A stretch of DNA of 64,000 bases, from the NCBI GenBank assembly GCA_950097015.1, contig CATNEN010000039.1:7564001-7628000 (forward strand), read 5' to 3'. How positions within the stretch are numbered: position 1 is the first letter of the stretch; every line of letters starts with the position of its first letter. Below are positions 1 through 10,907 of this stretch, one piece after another. The position numbers and the translations under genes are program-made. Below the pieces are notes generated by a model. It was not told the DNA's origin and did no database searches. It worked only from the letters and a program-made list of their open reading frames with translations. This stretch comes from Macrostomum hystrix (lineage: Eukaryota; Animalia; Platyhelminthes).

Positions 1-2299
1 GGCATTTAAATTTTTTTATTAAAACATTTGTTTCGAAATGTAACATGTACGTTTTCAATGTTTTTGTCTTAAAGTTTTTTACACACTTAGCATTTCAGCA
101 TACTTTATTTAAATTGTGCGGATATTGCTACATTTTCGTAGTTCTACGGTTCTGTTTTTTTTGTTTTTTTCTTTTCTAACCAGTCGGCAAATATTTTCCT
201 ATTTGCTGGGCTCCGCAAATTTGTTTTAACTTTCTAGTCAGCTTTATATGTGTTCCACAGCGTATGTATTATCCTTACTTTTGTTGGTAAATATACGTAA
301 TTGGCAGCTTGTTGGCACGGATTTTTTTTCCATGCCCTCTTCTTTAACAGAAACTATTAGAAACAAAAATCATTACAAAGTAAATCATTTTTATAATTTA
401 CCAGCAAACAAGTTGAATAATTACTACAGCTTTCTCGTTGCTTTTCGAGAAAAAGTAAAGCTTTCAGTTGAAAGCAAATATTTTATCGAAAGGAAGTTGA
501 AAATCGTTGTTAAAACATTTAAGTTATAAAGTAAAGACGTAGCAATTTAAAATAAACGTTTCTGAAAATAAAAAAATAATTTTCTATTTTTCTCTTCTTG
601 CATTTAACGCTGATGAAGGTAAAGAAATGTATTTTTTGTTATAATGTTTCAAACCCAGTGGTCCCAGTGTGCCCAATGCGAGCCCATGTTTTATACACCC
701 CCTTTGTTATTTCTTAAGTTTTGCTTATGTATTCTTAAGTATTACTCATAAATTGTTATCTTCTGTAACGGTGCTACTTGTTTTACTTTTAATGAATTAG
801 CGAAGATTTTTTTCTGCGACACCACTCATCCTGTGGATCCGCCCAGCTTGACAAAGAATTAAATAGTAAGATTATATAAAAGTAAAAAACTGCTTCATGA
901 CTTGCAGGCCCTGGTAATGATTTAGCAATTTGAAAATTGTATCACTTATCTAGCCAAGAAAACTACCATGAACATGAACTTGAAGTCAATGTGACCATGT
1001 CCACTGATGGATGCAGATTGCAGATGCTTGCTAGCATTCACACTTGAGTGGCAGTTGGCCTGCTGAAATACAAGTAGGCTAGGCCCTAACATTGTCCAAT
1101 TAATTATTTGTCTTTTGAATCCTTAATAATTGTATATTTTCTTTGCAAACATTTGTTTAGGTGAAGATGAACTGTAACTGTAATAATTAAACCACATGTA
1201 ATGACCAATGTTATTTAATGTTAGGGCCTAATGATAGGCACCAATGATTGCACCAGTAGGGGCCTAGTCAGCATTTTTAAGTAGGCCTAGTTTTATGTAG
1301 CATTGCTTAATATATATATAAATCATTTTAAATTGAACTATCATTCATTTATTTTTTAAAATAAGTTTAGGGTTGTTTTGTCTACCACCTTTTTATTTGC
1401 AAGCAGAAGACATCTGTAGTCAGGATCATGCTGGCAATATACCAGGGAATTTGTCATGTTAGAGACTTTCTTTTTGAGAGTTTAGAGAGTTGCAGAGTTC
1501 AGCGTGGGTTTCATAATTTTATATGCCAGCCTTCATTCATGCATATCATAGGCCTATGTATGCACTATGCAGTATATGTTACATTATTCAGAGAAAGGTA
1601 ATGCAACAAAGAAAAAATTGTTTTCTTTGAGACAGTCAAGTAGAAGGCCCCTTGTCTAGAGTGCACTGCAGTGCCATATAGCCATATTTCATGGCACCGT
1701 CAAAACTGAGCAGCCGCTGGCTGTCTTCTGGCTGCTTTTGAACCTTCAAATGACTGATTGTCATTTGAACACATGCCACTCTATGGGCGCTCATCTTCTT
1801 ATCTTCTGAAAAGTGGTTATAAGATTCTAAGACAAGACTCAATATCTTAGTATAGGCTAGGGCCTACAGTAACTAGCTTGCTTCTGAAGAGAATGGTTCT
1901 GCACTTAAGGGGCAATTCATAACTGTGCCCTTTCCAAAACATAAAGTTGTGCTTTTCTTTGTGGTGCTGCACCGTGCTATATTGGAGCTAGAGGAGCTGG
2001 TAGGGCCAAAAATGCAATATAAATATAATTATTCACAGTGATGCATGCAGTTACAAATAGACTGGAATGTAGAACAAAACATGCTACATTTTGTCAATAT
2101 AAAAACTGCATAGATTAAAAAATCTAGTAACTAGGAATTAAGAACTCTAACTATTTTAGTTCAAACAACACTTGACTGGCGAGAGAAGGGGTGCTGCTCG
2201 CAGCATATTTATAATGTAACAATCTGTGTTAAATTATGAAATCGAATGTTGTAATTAATTTCAGCTTTTATTGGCTGTACTTACTTAGCGCAGACAAGC

Positions 2300-2916
2300 A
2301 TGTCAAACCCTATTGTGTACTTTGACATTGACATTGATGGGAAGCGAGCTGGCCGCATCACTTTCAAGCTCTATGCGGATATTGTGCCAAAGACTGCGGA
2401 GAATTTTCGCGCCCTCTGCACTGGCGAGAAGGGCATTGGTAAGATTGAGGCTTCTCACACTTCTCACTCCATTGTCGCGTTTTGGAATTTCTATTTAGCC
2501 CACGAGTCATGCAAATTTGCTGACACCATGAATTAGGCGAGATCAGCAGCAAGCCACTGCACTACAAGGGCAGCACCTTCCACCGGGTGATACCGCAGTT
2601 CATGTGCCAAGGCGGCGACTTCACCCGCGGCAACGGCACCGGCGGCGAGTCGATCTACGGCGAGAAATTCCCCGACGAGAAATTCGCCATAAATCACAAC
2701 AAGCCCTTCCTGCTGTCTATGGCCAATGCCGGGCCCAACACCAACGGCAGCCAGTTCTTCATCACCACCGTCAGCACGCGATGGCTTGACGGCAAGCACG
2801 TTGTGTTTGGCGAAGTTTCCAGCGGCGAGGAGGTGGTCAAGCGAATGGAGAGCCTCGGCTCAGAGTCCGGCCGCACCTCTGCCACCATTGTGATCGCCGA
2901 CTGCGGCCAGTTGTGA
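2300..2916 (+). CDS. PPIA: Cyclophilin A-type peptidyl-prolyl cis-trans isomerase, 2 exons (2300-2438, 2537-2916)
   Basis: [10 protein letters not shown]...[17 protein letters not shown] joins through a phase-1 GT..AG intron (2439-2536) to [24 protein letters not shown]...[17 protein letters not shown]...[10 protein letters not shown]...IADCGQL*. These are canonical cyclophilin motifs. Confidence 0.95.
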
Positions 2917-2979
2917 GATGGACTTGCTGTCAGATAGAAATACAAAAACTTTTTAGCTCGTCTTTTTGTCCGCCCCCAG

Positions 2980-3322
2980 GACAGGCCCTACTGCCTTGAC
3001 TTGGTCCTTCAACTAGCCACTCCTATGACAGGCCCTACTGCCTTGACTTGGTCCTTCAACTAGCCACTCCTATGACAGGCCCTACTGCCTTGACTTGGTC
3101 CTTCAACTAGCCACTCCTATGACAGGCCCTACTGCCTTGACTTGGTCCTTCAACTAGCCACTCCTATGACAGGCCCTACTGCCTTGACTTGGTCCTTCAA
3201 CTAGCCACTCCTATGACAGGCCCTACTGCCTTGACTTGGTCCTTCAACTAGCCACTCCTATGACAGGTCCTACTGCCTTGACTTGGTCCTTCAACTAGCC
3301 ACCCCAGGACAGGCCCTACTGC
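2980..3322. repeat. 47-bp tandem repeat (about 7 copies) just 3' of cyclophilin 1
   Basis: Unit GACAGGCCCTACTGCCTTGACTTGGTCCTTCAACTAGCCACTCCTAT, nearly invariant and head-to-tail with no spacers. Confidence 0.95.
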
Positions 3323-3782
3323 TTCTCCTCAACTTAACCTTAATGCAGTTTTGGAGTCCATGTATCAAATAATGATAATTTGTTAATCGTTTAGTAACCA
3401 GTTTCTAGCATTTAACTGTTTTTTTGGCAAAATTTTTAATATATGAAACAATTGCTTGCGAAATCGTAGACGTGCATATATGAAGAAACATGTGATGGCA
3501 TTGCGAATTCATTATTTAAAATTAATGTAGCTACGAGCGTAATTTGCGTTTTGTTTAAATAACACACTCGTGTTAACCAATCATTACAATAATGCAGGGC
3601 AGTCTGTGGTGTCGAATTTGTTCGAAATTATTATTTTATTTTATAAATAGTTAAGTCTGGTGTGACAAGTTGATTTAGTACTTTTATAGATTAGAAAAAA
3701 GAATGAAAAAAGTCTCTTTTTCTCTTTCTCTACTTTCAGTAGCAAGCAGCGAATTTACTTTATTAGTTAATTCATTTTGCAG

Positions 3783-3960
3783 GCGCGTCCACTGCGTTTC
3801 CTTAGCACGGCCGTCAAGAACACCTTGAAGCCGCAGGTGTTCTTTGACGTAGCCGCCGATGGCAAGTCGTTGGGTCGGGTTACGTTTAGCCTCTACTACG
3901 ACAAGGTGCCAAAGACCGCTGAGAATTTCAGAGCCCTCTGCGCTGGCGATAAAGGAGTCG
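3783..3960 (+). CDS. PPIF: Cyclophilin 2 (probably mitochondrial, cyclophilin D-like), first coding exon
   Basis: Acceptor ttttgcag at 3775-3782, then [35 protein letters not shown]...[18 protein letters not shown] and a phase-1 donor gtgcgt at 3961. The basic, acid-free N-terminal extension resembles a mitochondrial presequence. The PPIF assignment is inference. Confidence 0.85.
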
Positions 3961-4026
3961 GTGCGTCACTTTCATTTTAATGGAGAGTGGAGAACTAATA
4001 CAAAAGGGAAAGTTAAAGAGAGTACG

Positions 4027-4364
4027 ATGTGGACAAGGGGAAGGATAATGTGGACAAGGGGAAGGATAATGTGGACAAGAGGGAGGATAATGTGGACAAG
4101 AGGGAGGATAATGTGGACAAGGGGAAGGATAATGTGGACAAGAGGGAGGATAATGTGGACAAGAGGGAGGATAATGTGGACAAGGGGAAGGATAATGTGG
4201 ACAAGAGGGAGGATAATGTGGACAAGAGGGAGGATAATGTGGACAAGGGGAAGGATAATGTGGACAAGAGGGAGGATAATGTGGACAAGAGGGAGGATAA
4301 TGTGGACAAGAGGGAGGATAATGTGGAGAAGAGAGAAGATAATGTGGACAAGGGGAAGGATAAT
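4027..4364. repeat. 21-bp minisatellite, left arm
   Basis: (GTGGACAAGAGGGAGGATAAT)n, interrupted at 4364 by the retrotransposon. Confidence 0.95.
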
Positions 4365-4471
4365 TGACTTTGACTTAGCTGCAGGGTGGTCCATGGACGC
4401 AGCGGGGAGGCGAGGGTCGCCCATACCGCTAACCCCTGTAGGCCCGCAGACAGGCAAGGGCGCGGGGCCGG

Positions 4472-7400
4472 TCAGGGTGTTCCGCCGGTCCGTCCTGCAG
4501 CGTTGTCTTCCGTGGGGAAGAATGTGGCTCGTCTTGTTGCACGAAGGAACTGGACGAGCCGTGGAATGCTGTCGGGCTGGCAGATCTCGTCCATGGACGG
4601 GTTGGGCCCGAGGTAGCGAAGCCGGTCTCTGTTAAAGAACGGGCAGTGACACACAAAGTGCTCAGCATCTTCGATGTCATACTCACAGAATGGGCAGAGT
4701 TCACTCTCAAGGTCACCCCGGAGGAAACAGTGCCTAGCGAGGTAGCCGTGGCCCGTGAGGGTCATGGCGAGGGCGCGGATATCCTTCCGGTTTTGGTTCA
4801 AAAGGATGCTCCTGAGCCTGCGAGACGGGCGCGGAACTGCGGCACGGGATTGCCGACAGTTCTGGGTGCCCGCCCATCTGTCCCTGTGCAGGGAATAGGC
4901 CAGTCATCAATAAGGCGATTGATGACCGTGATGGGGATCGGGACCAGGGGAGCAGGTCCCAGGAGAGAGCCAGAGCCACCTTGCTTGGCAAGGGTATCCG
5001 CAAGCTCGTTCCCTGGGAAGCCCGCATGCCCTGGGATCCAGCTCAGCTTGACCGTGTTGTTACTGGCCAGGAGGTTGAGTTGCCGGGCACAGTCAGCGAC
5101 TGTCCGGGAGCACGTGGTGGTGCGGCAAAGGGCTTGTAAGGCCGCTTGGCTGTCAGAGTGGATGATGATAGTCTCTCCTCTCGTATTCCTGGCATTCAGC
5201 TCTGCGGCACAAGAGCTGATGGCAAGGATCTCATTCTGGAAGACCGTGGAGAGTCTCCCAGTATGTTGGGCATGCGTGGCGACGACGCGGCCGTTGATCA
5301 GGATGCAGACCCCAAAGCCGGCAAGGCCGTCTTTTAGGGATCCGTCCGTGTAGCAGTGGACCTCCTGGTGGTTCCAGTGGTCGTTAGCGTCTTCCCTCGA
5401 GGGAATGATGATTTTGTAGCGCTGGGTGAGATTGAGAGTGCGTGGTTCGCCGTCAGATAAGACGTGGAGTCCGCCGCCATCTTTCAAGTCACGAAGGCAC
5501 AGATCGGTGTGAGGCAGAAGTTTGCGTTTTGCCATTGCTCTTTGCGGCGTGAAGCGGACGCCGGCGTCAATGAGCCGACGCGCTGTTTTGGCGGCTTCCC
5601 TGCGGACAAAAATGTCCAGCGGGGTAGCGTCGAGGAAGGCATTGAGGCCGTCGTAAGGAGCAGACGGTGGGGCACTCATGGTCATGCGACAAGCGCGCCC
5701 TTGCGTTTTCCTAAGTGCCTCCAGGCAGGTCTTCATCTGCAGGGCACTGGCCCAGATCAAGCTGCCGTACGAGACAGCTGGCCTGACCATTGCAGTATAG
5801 ATCCACCAGAGGCGCTTGGGGGTGAGCCCCCAGGTGGTGCCAACGGCCCTCCGCAGCTGCGCGAGGATCGCGAGGGCCCTCTTGGTTTTGGTTTGAACAT
5901 GGGGAGACCAGTTCAGCCTATGGTCCAAGGTGATCCCTAGGCATTTGGTTTGCTTACAGAAGGAAATTTCCTTACCGTAAAGCCTAAGCGGCTGTATCTG
6001 CCACTTGTTTCTGCTGGTGAACATGATCACTGCAGTCTTGGTCTCGGAGAGCTTCAGACCACAGCGACCCGCCCATTGTTCAGCAGAGTGGATGAAATTC
6101 TGAAGGAGGTCCCTGAGAGTGTCAGGGGATGGGCCAGACGCCACAGCAGTGACATCGTCCGCATACCCCACCTTCAGGATTGGGTCAGGACGGTCGTCAC
6201 GGAGGAGCTCGTCAATGACCATGTTCCAGAGAATAGGAGAGAGGACCCCTCCCTGCGGGCTCCCTTTGCGGACGGGGACCGTCCGTTGGTGGCCCAGCAG
6301 GTTAGCAGTAACCGTGCGATGACTGATCAAATACATGATCCATCTGGTGAGGGACGAGTGAGTGTGCCTCTCGTAAAGGGCTTTGCGGAACGCTTCGAAG
6401 AGGACGTTGTCAAAGGCACCATCAATGTCTAGGAAGACGCTTAAGGCGAAGCCGGTGCCAAGCACAGCTTTCTCCAATTTGTCGACCAGAACGTGCAGCG
6501 CGCTTTCGGTGGAGAGACCCGCCCGAAAAGCATGCTGGTTGTCGCTGAGCGGCGCGTTCTTCAGTTCCACTGAGAGAAGGCGCCACAGCACTGGTCTCTC
6601 CATCAGCTTGACCAGGAAGGTGGTTAGGCTGATTGGTCTGAAGGATTTTATAGACTGGTAGTCCGGGCGGCCTGGCTTCGGGATAAAAATCACCTTCGCC
6701 TCGGTCCATGCCTGCGGGACGTACCCGAGCGTGATGCAGGCTCGATAGAGGCTGCAAAGAGAGCGCAGGAAACCTGGGCATTTAACCGCCTCTCTAAGAA
6801 AGGCAGGTACGATGCCATCAGGCCCTGGAGCCTTGAAAGGCTTGAAGGAGGTGGCCGCTTTAACGATGCTGTCCTCCGTGATGATAGAGGCAGCCAGCAT
6901 CTGGCCTCCCTCAGTGTGGTCTGAGGTGGTCAGGTTGGTTGGCTCGTTGGGGAAGAAGGCAGAGAGCATGACCTCAAGCGTTTCTCCTGGGTTGTCAGTT
7001 GACGTGCCGTCGGTTCGCTTAACCGAGGAGAGCTTGGACATTTTGTCTAGCGTAAGTGCTTTGACAATTCTGGAGGTGGGGCGTGAGCCCTCTAGCTCCT
7101 CGCAGTATTGGCGCCACTTCTGGGCCTTGGCAGTCCTGATCTCCCTCTTGAACTCATGGATGGCTTCAAGGTAGGCGGTCTGGTCTGCAGGGCTCCTGGT
7201 TTTGTTCGCTCTGCGGTGTAATTTCTTCGCTCTGCGACGGAGGTCGCCGAGCTGAGGATTCCACCACGGCGCAGATGTCTTCCCTTTGTTGGCTTTTAGG
7301 GGACATGCAGCCTCGAAGGCGGCGGTTAGCGTTTCTGTTAAAACAGTCGCGCACTCGTCCGCCTCTCGGCACGTCGAAATAGTGGGTGGTTGGCCCGAAG

Positions 7401-8175
7401 ACCGATGGGTCGTCTCCAAGGCATGCCTGAAGGCTTCCCAATCAGTATTTCTGGCGTTCCGTCTCCACGTGATGTGGTTTAGGCTGCGAGCGCTCGCCAC
7501 ACGAAAGTGAATGAACTTATGGTCAGAGAGGGATGGCTCCGGGAGAACGCGCCACTCCCCGATACTCTGAAAGAGCTCGGGTGAAGCGAGCGTGGCGTCA
7601 ATCACCTCTGACCAGCGTCCATTGTCGAAAGTAGGCGTAGACCCGGAGTTACAGAACTCCAGGGTCGTAGAGGTAACATAGGACAGGAGGTCTTCGCCTC
7701 TCTGGTTTATCCCTGTGCTGCCCCAGTGGGTATGGTGGGCGTTGATATCGCCGGCGACCATCAGTTCATAATTCCTGGCAGAGCAGAGTTCGACCAGGGT
7801 GGTGAGCGTCCGGGGGACGACCGCTACGTCACCTGGTAGGTAAACCGAGGCAACGAGGGTAGTTCTCCCAGGCAGCAGATCCTCAGATTGAATGACGCAG
7901 ATATCCCCGTTAGACAGGTCGGATCTGAGCCAAGCACCGAGGGTTTTGGCCCCGAAGATACAGGCTCTAGGTGGCCGGTTCGCCTCGCGGGGGCTAACGC
8001 AGAAGCAGTTGTACCCAGAAGGCACGTTTTGGGGCTTACCTTTGGAGGTCCACGGCTCCTGGACTAGGATGAGACCCGGCTTGTCGAGCTCGGCTTGACG
8101 CATCAGGTTAGCCGAAGCTGCGACGCTGTGTTGCAGATTAATCTGCAGGCAGCTAATTCCTGGACTGCTGATCAT
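4472..8175 (-). CDS. Retrotransposon ORF2: AP endonuclease, reverse transcriptase, RNase H and C-terminal CCHC; one frameshift near 4900
   Basis: QINLQHS, LVQEPW, GDINAHH, SDH (APE); KAPGPDG, FRPISL, QHAFR, LDIDGAFD, PQGGVLSP, YADD, LGITLD (RT); YTDGS, SDSQAAL, WIPGHAGFPGNELAD (RNase H). One added G at TGG-CC near 4900 joins the frame to TGHGYL..CPFC..EDAEHFVCHC (4472-4801). Confidence 0.93.
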
Positions 8176-9734
8176 GGCCGCGCAGTCGGGGAGTCGCGTA
8201 GCAATTCCTCCTCTTCCTTTTCGGAGATGGAAGGCTCGCAAAGCTCCATGGGAATCTCGGCGTCCCCGGCGCACAGGGTGGCTGAGGAGCCCTCAGCGGG
8301 CATTTGCCCAGCAAGAGTGTCTCCCTCGCCGTCCCTTTGCGTCGTGACGCCGATACTGCCCAGGCTCGCCTCGTCGGTCAGGTCAACGTGGATGGCGCGA
8401 TCCGCCTGGTGAGTGCTAGCCTCAAACCAGTCAGTCGGCGCCTCTCCTCGTCGCTCCTGCCCCACTGGCTGCTTCGGTGGAGCGTTCGATGTGTGGGCCC
8501 GCTCAAGGTGCGCCCTGAGAGTCCTGGCTTGTTCCAGCGCACGCTGGACCAGCCCAGATCTCCGGGTGGACCTGGCAGGCCTGCGGTCGCGAGGTCCGGA
8601 TTCGGCAGCGCGAGCTGCTTTACCGGGGTGGGGATCCACCGTTTGCCTCTGCTTCTTCGCCGGAGGAGCTTGCGCCCCGGATCCGGACTCAGGAGCTTTG
8701 GCTTTTTTGGCTTCGCCAGCTTTCCTCTCCTCGCAGCGGAGGATGGTCAGCTGAGTTAGACCAAGGTGAATGATGGACTTTGGCGGCAAGCGCTTCTTCC
8801 ACGCATCCGAGAGCCCCAGGATCACCGTGAACCCCGTCTCCTTGCGGGAGGAGGCATGGTGGAGGAGCCCGTTGGCCTCAAGGTCGGGGTGCAGCTTCAG
8901 CAGAATCTGCCTAAGCTGATCCCCAGATTTGATGGCACTGCCATTCGGAATCCAAACGCGGAAGCGTTCGGTTTTAATGCGTTGGCCTTCGCTGGCGAAG
9001 GTGAGTTTGCCGAGCTTCTTGGGCCACTTTAGCTGTGGCAGAAGCTCGCGTAGAGCTCGGCTGCTTTCCTCGGAGTTGCACCAGATGAAGATGCAGCCGT
9101 CCGTTTTGGCCGATTTGACCACGCTCACCGGGCGGCCTGCCAGGAGCTGGTCAATGAGCGCAGCGTCGATGATGCGCCATACATTGTCGAGCTGCTCGGC
9201 CGTGAGGTCTTGCTCTTCCCCAAAAACGATGACCGCGGGTTGGAGCATGGCACTGGCCTTGGAGGCGTAGGACTCCTTGGCCTTGGTAGATGGTTGGCTG
9301 GCCGGGGCCTCGCTCGCCATCGTCGCATGTGTGGCGGCTCCAGATGGCCCAGCCACGTTGCCGGTGTTTGAGTTGCTGGTGGGCTCAGCGGGTGGTGACC
9401 CCGCGGAGGCGGTTTCCCGAGGGGCTGAGGTGGCGGTGGCTCCTTTCGGCCCAACCGCTCCTTCGCCCACTTGAGGCACCACCTCCGCGGATTGCCGAAC
9501 CGCGGCCTCCCTCTCACGCTGTCGCCGACGCCGTTCGTTGCGGCGTTGGTTGCGGCCTTGACGGGCTTCCTTGGACCGGATGCCTGGGGGTCCGGGGACA
9601 GGTCTACCGTCAGGCAGGGCGGAAGCGGGTCCGGTAGCCTCCGGTGGGGCGACGTTGGCGCTGTTGGAAGCGGCCGGAGCAACTGGGGGGTTTCCAGTTT
9701 CATTTTCTTTAAAAGATTGAGCAGAAGAAGCCAT
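8172..9734 (-). CDS. Retrotransposon ORF1 (gag-like nucleic-acid-binding protein)
   Basis: 520-aa ORF directly upstream of ORF2, with an Arg-rich N-terminal patch. The central domain (SYAS..AVIV..GCIFIWC..RVWIP..GFTVILGL..IHLG) resembles the DUF4780-type ORF1 of LOA elements as I recall it; not searched. Confidence 0.85.
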   Translation of the reverse strand: MASSAQSFKENETGNPPVAPAASNSANVAPPEATGPASALPDGRPVPGPPGIRSKEARQGRNQRRNERRRRQREREAAVRQSAEVVPQVGEGAVGPKGATATSAPRETASAGSPPAEPTSNSNTGNVAGPSGAATHATMASEAPASQPSTKAKESYASKASAMLQPAVIVFGEEQDLTAEQLDNVWRIIDAALIDQLLAGRPVSVVKSAKTDGCIFIWCNSEESSRALRELLPQLKWPKKLGKLTFASEGQRIKTERFRVWIPNGSAIKSGDQLRQILLKLHPDLEANGLLHHASSRKETGFTVILGLSDAWKKRLPPKSIIHLGLTQLTILRCEERKAGEAKKAKAPESGSGAQAPPAKKQRQTVDPHPGKAARAAESGPRDRRPARSTRRSGLVQRALEQARTLRAHLERAHTSNAPPKQPVGQERRGEAPTDWFEASTHQADRAIHVDLTDEASLGSIGVTTQRDGEGDTLAGQMPAEGSSATLCAGDAEIPMELCEPSISEKEEEELLRDSPTARP

Positions 9735-9903
9735 TGCTGAAAGCGGGAGGAGGGTTAGCGGTGACTCACAAGAAAAGAGAAGAGAATAAAAAGAAACCGC
9801 TAAAGACCGGACTACTCCCCGGCCAAGCGCCCTTCGGCACGGCGAGACCTTGGGCCTTAGAGGGCGGCAGAAAGCAGCGCCAGACCCGCAGTTAACCTGC
9901 GTA

Positions 9904-10640
9904 CCCTGTTAAGGTCAAAGGGTAAACACCATTCCCTCAGAGCCGTAGCCAGAGGTACCTGATCACGCACAGGTACACGAGCGCTGCGGACTGGCCGCAT
10001 ACCCTGTTAAGGTCAAAGGGTAAAACACCATTCCCTCAGAGCCGTAGCCAGAGGTACCTGATCACGCACAGGTGCACGAACGCTGCGGACTGGCCGCATA
10101 CCCTGTTGAGGTCAAAGGGTGGCACCTTTCCCTCCAGCCGGGGCTAGAGGTACCTGATCACGCACAGGTGCACGAACGCTGCGGACTGGCCGCATACCCT
10201 GTTAAGGTCAAAGGGTGACGCCTTTCCCTCAGAGCCGTAGCCAGAGGTACCTGATCACACACAGGTGCGCGAACGCTGCGGACTGGCCGCATACCCTGTT
10301 AAGGTCGAAGGGTGACACCTTTCCCTCAGAGCCGTAGCCAGAGGTACCTGATCACGCACAGGTGCACGAACGCTGCGGACTGGCCGCATACCCTGTTAAG
10401 GTCGAAGGGTGACACCTTTCCCTCAGAGCCGTAGCCAGAGGTACCTGATCACGCACAGGTGCACGAGCGCTGCGGACTGGCCGCATACCCTGTTAAGGTC
10501 GAAGGGTGACACCTTTCCCTCAGAGCCGTAGCCAGAGGTACCTGATCACGCACAGGTGCACGAAACGCTGCGGACTGGCCGCATACCCTGTTAAGGTCAG
10601 AGGGTGACACCTTTCCCTCCAGCCGGGGCTAGAGGTACCC
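9904..10640 (-). repeat. About 97-bp tandem monomers (about 7.5 copies) in the retrotransposon 5' UTR
   Basis: Unit CCCTGTTAAGGTCGAAGGGTGACACCTTTCCCTCAGAGCCGTAGCCAGAGGTACCTGATCACGCACAGGTGCACGAACGCTGCGGACTGGCCGCATA, starting near 9904, 10002, 10101, 10197, 10294, 10391, 10488 and 10586. Confidence 0.92.
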
Positions 10641-10681
10641 AGTTTGGCCAGAGGCCCTGGATGGGTCATCCAGCGCTGTTG

Positions 10682-10907
10682 CCCATTCTGTCCGGCAGCC
10701 CTAGGGTCAGCCTTGAACACTCGCGGGACGTGTACCCATGGGTCAGCTGACGGGACAGCGTGGAGGGATTCCTGCACCCGAAGGCACAGGGCTCCTTCCT
10801 GCCAGGCCTGCTCAAAAAGCGACTGCAGGTGTGAGGCATCGCAGACCTTAGCCCGTGGGCCTGGTCTGACTCATACCTCACAGGCGCTGTGTCCCGCCGG
10901 TGCGAGC
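10682..10907 (-). ncRNA. Putative HDV-like self-cleaving ribozyme at the retrotransposon 5' end
   Basis: P1 GCUCGC/GCGAGU, P2 CCCAU/AUGGG, P3 GGG/CCC, L3 UACACGU, P1.1 AC/GU, a P4 hairpin and J4/2 CAGA. G1 is the first element base next to the TSD. Confidence 0.7.

Larger units (their letters stand above)
4365..10907 (-). mobile_element. Full-length non-LTR retrotransposon (LOA/R1-related; APE-RT-RNase H)
   Basis: 13-bp TSD GGGGAAGGATAAT at 4352-4364 and 10908-10920. Two ORFs, a short (AAGTCA)2 3' tail and a 5' UTR of about 1.17 kb. The clade call is inferred from domain order and motifs. Confidence 0.93.

Noticed and set aside
248-1842. Short ORFs 248-529 and 1636-1842
   Set aside because: AT-rich, with no recognisable motifs or supporting exon structure.
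2980-3322. CRISPR-like appearance of the 47-bp, 32-bp and 97-bp repeats
   Set aside because: Units are head-to-tail with no unique spacers, there are no cas genes, and the context is eukaryotic.
4646-9740. Antisense and shifted ORFs over the LINE, cyclophilin, Src, stomatin and TRPV exons
   Set aside because: Shadow ORFs of GC-rich coding sequence.
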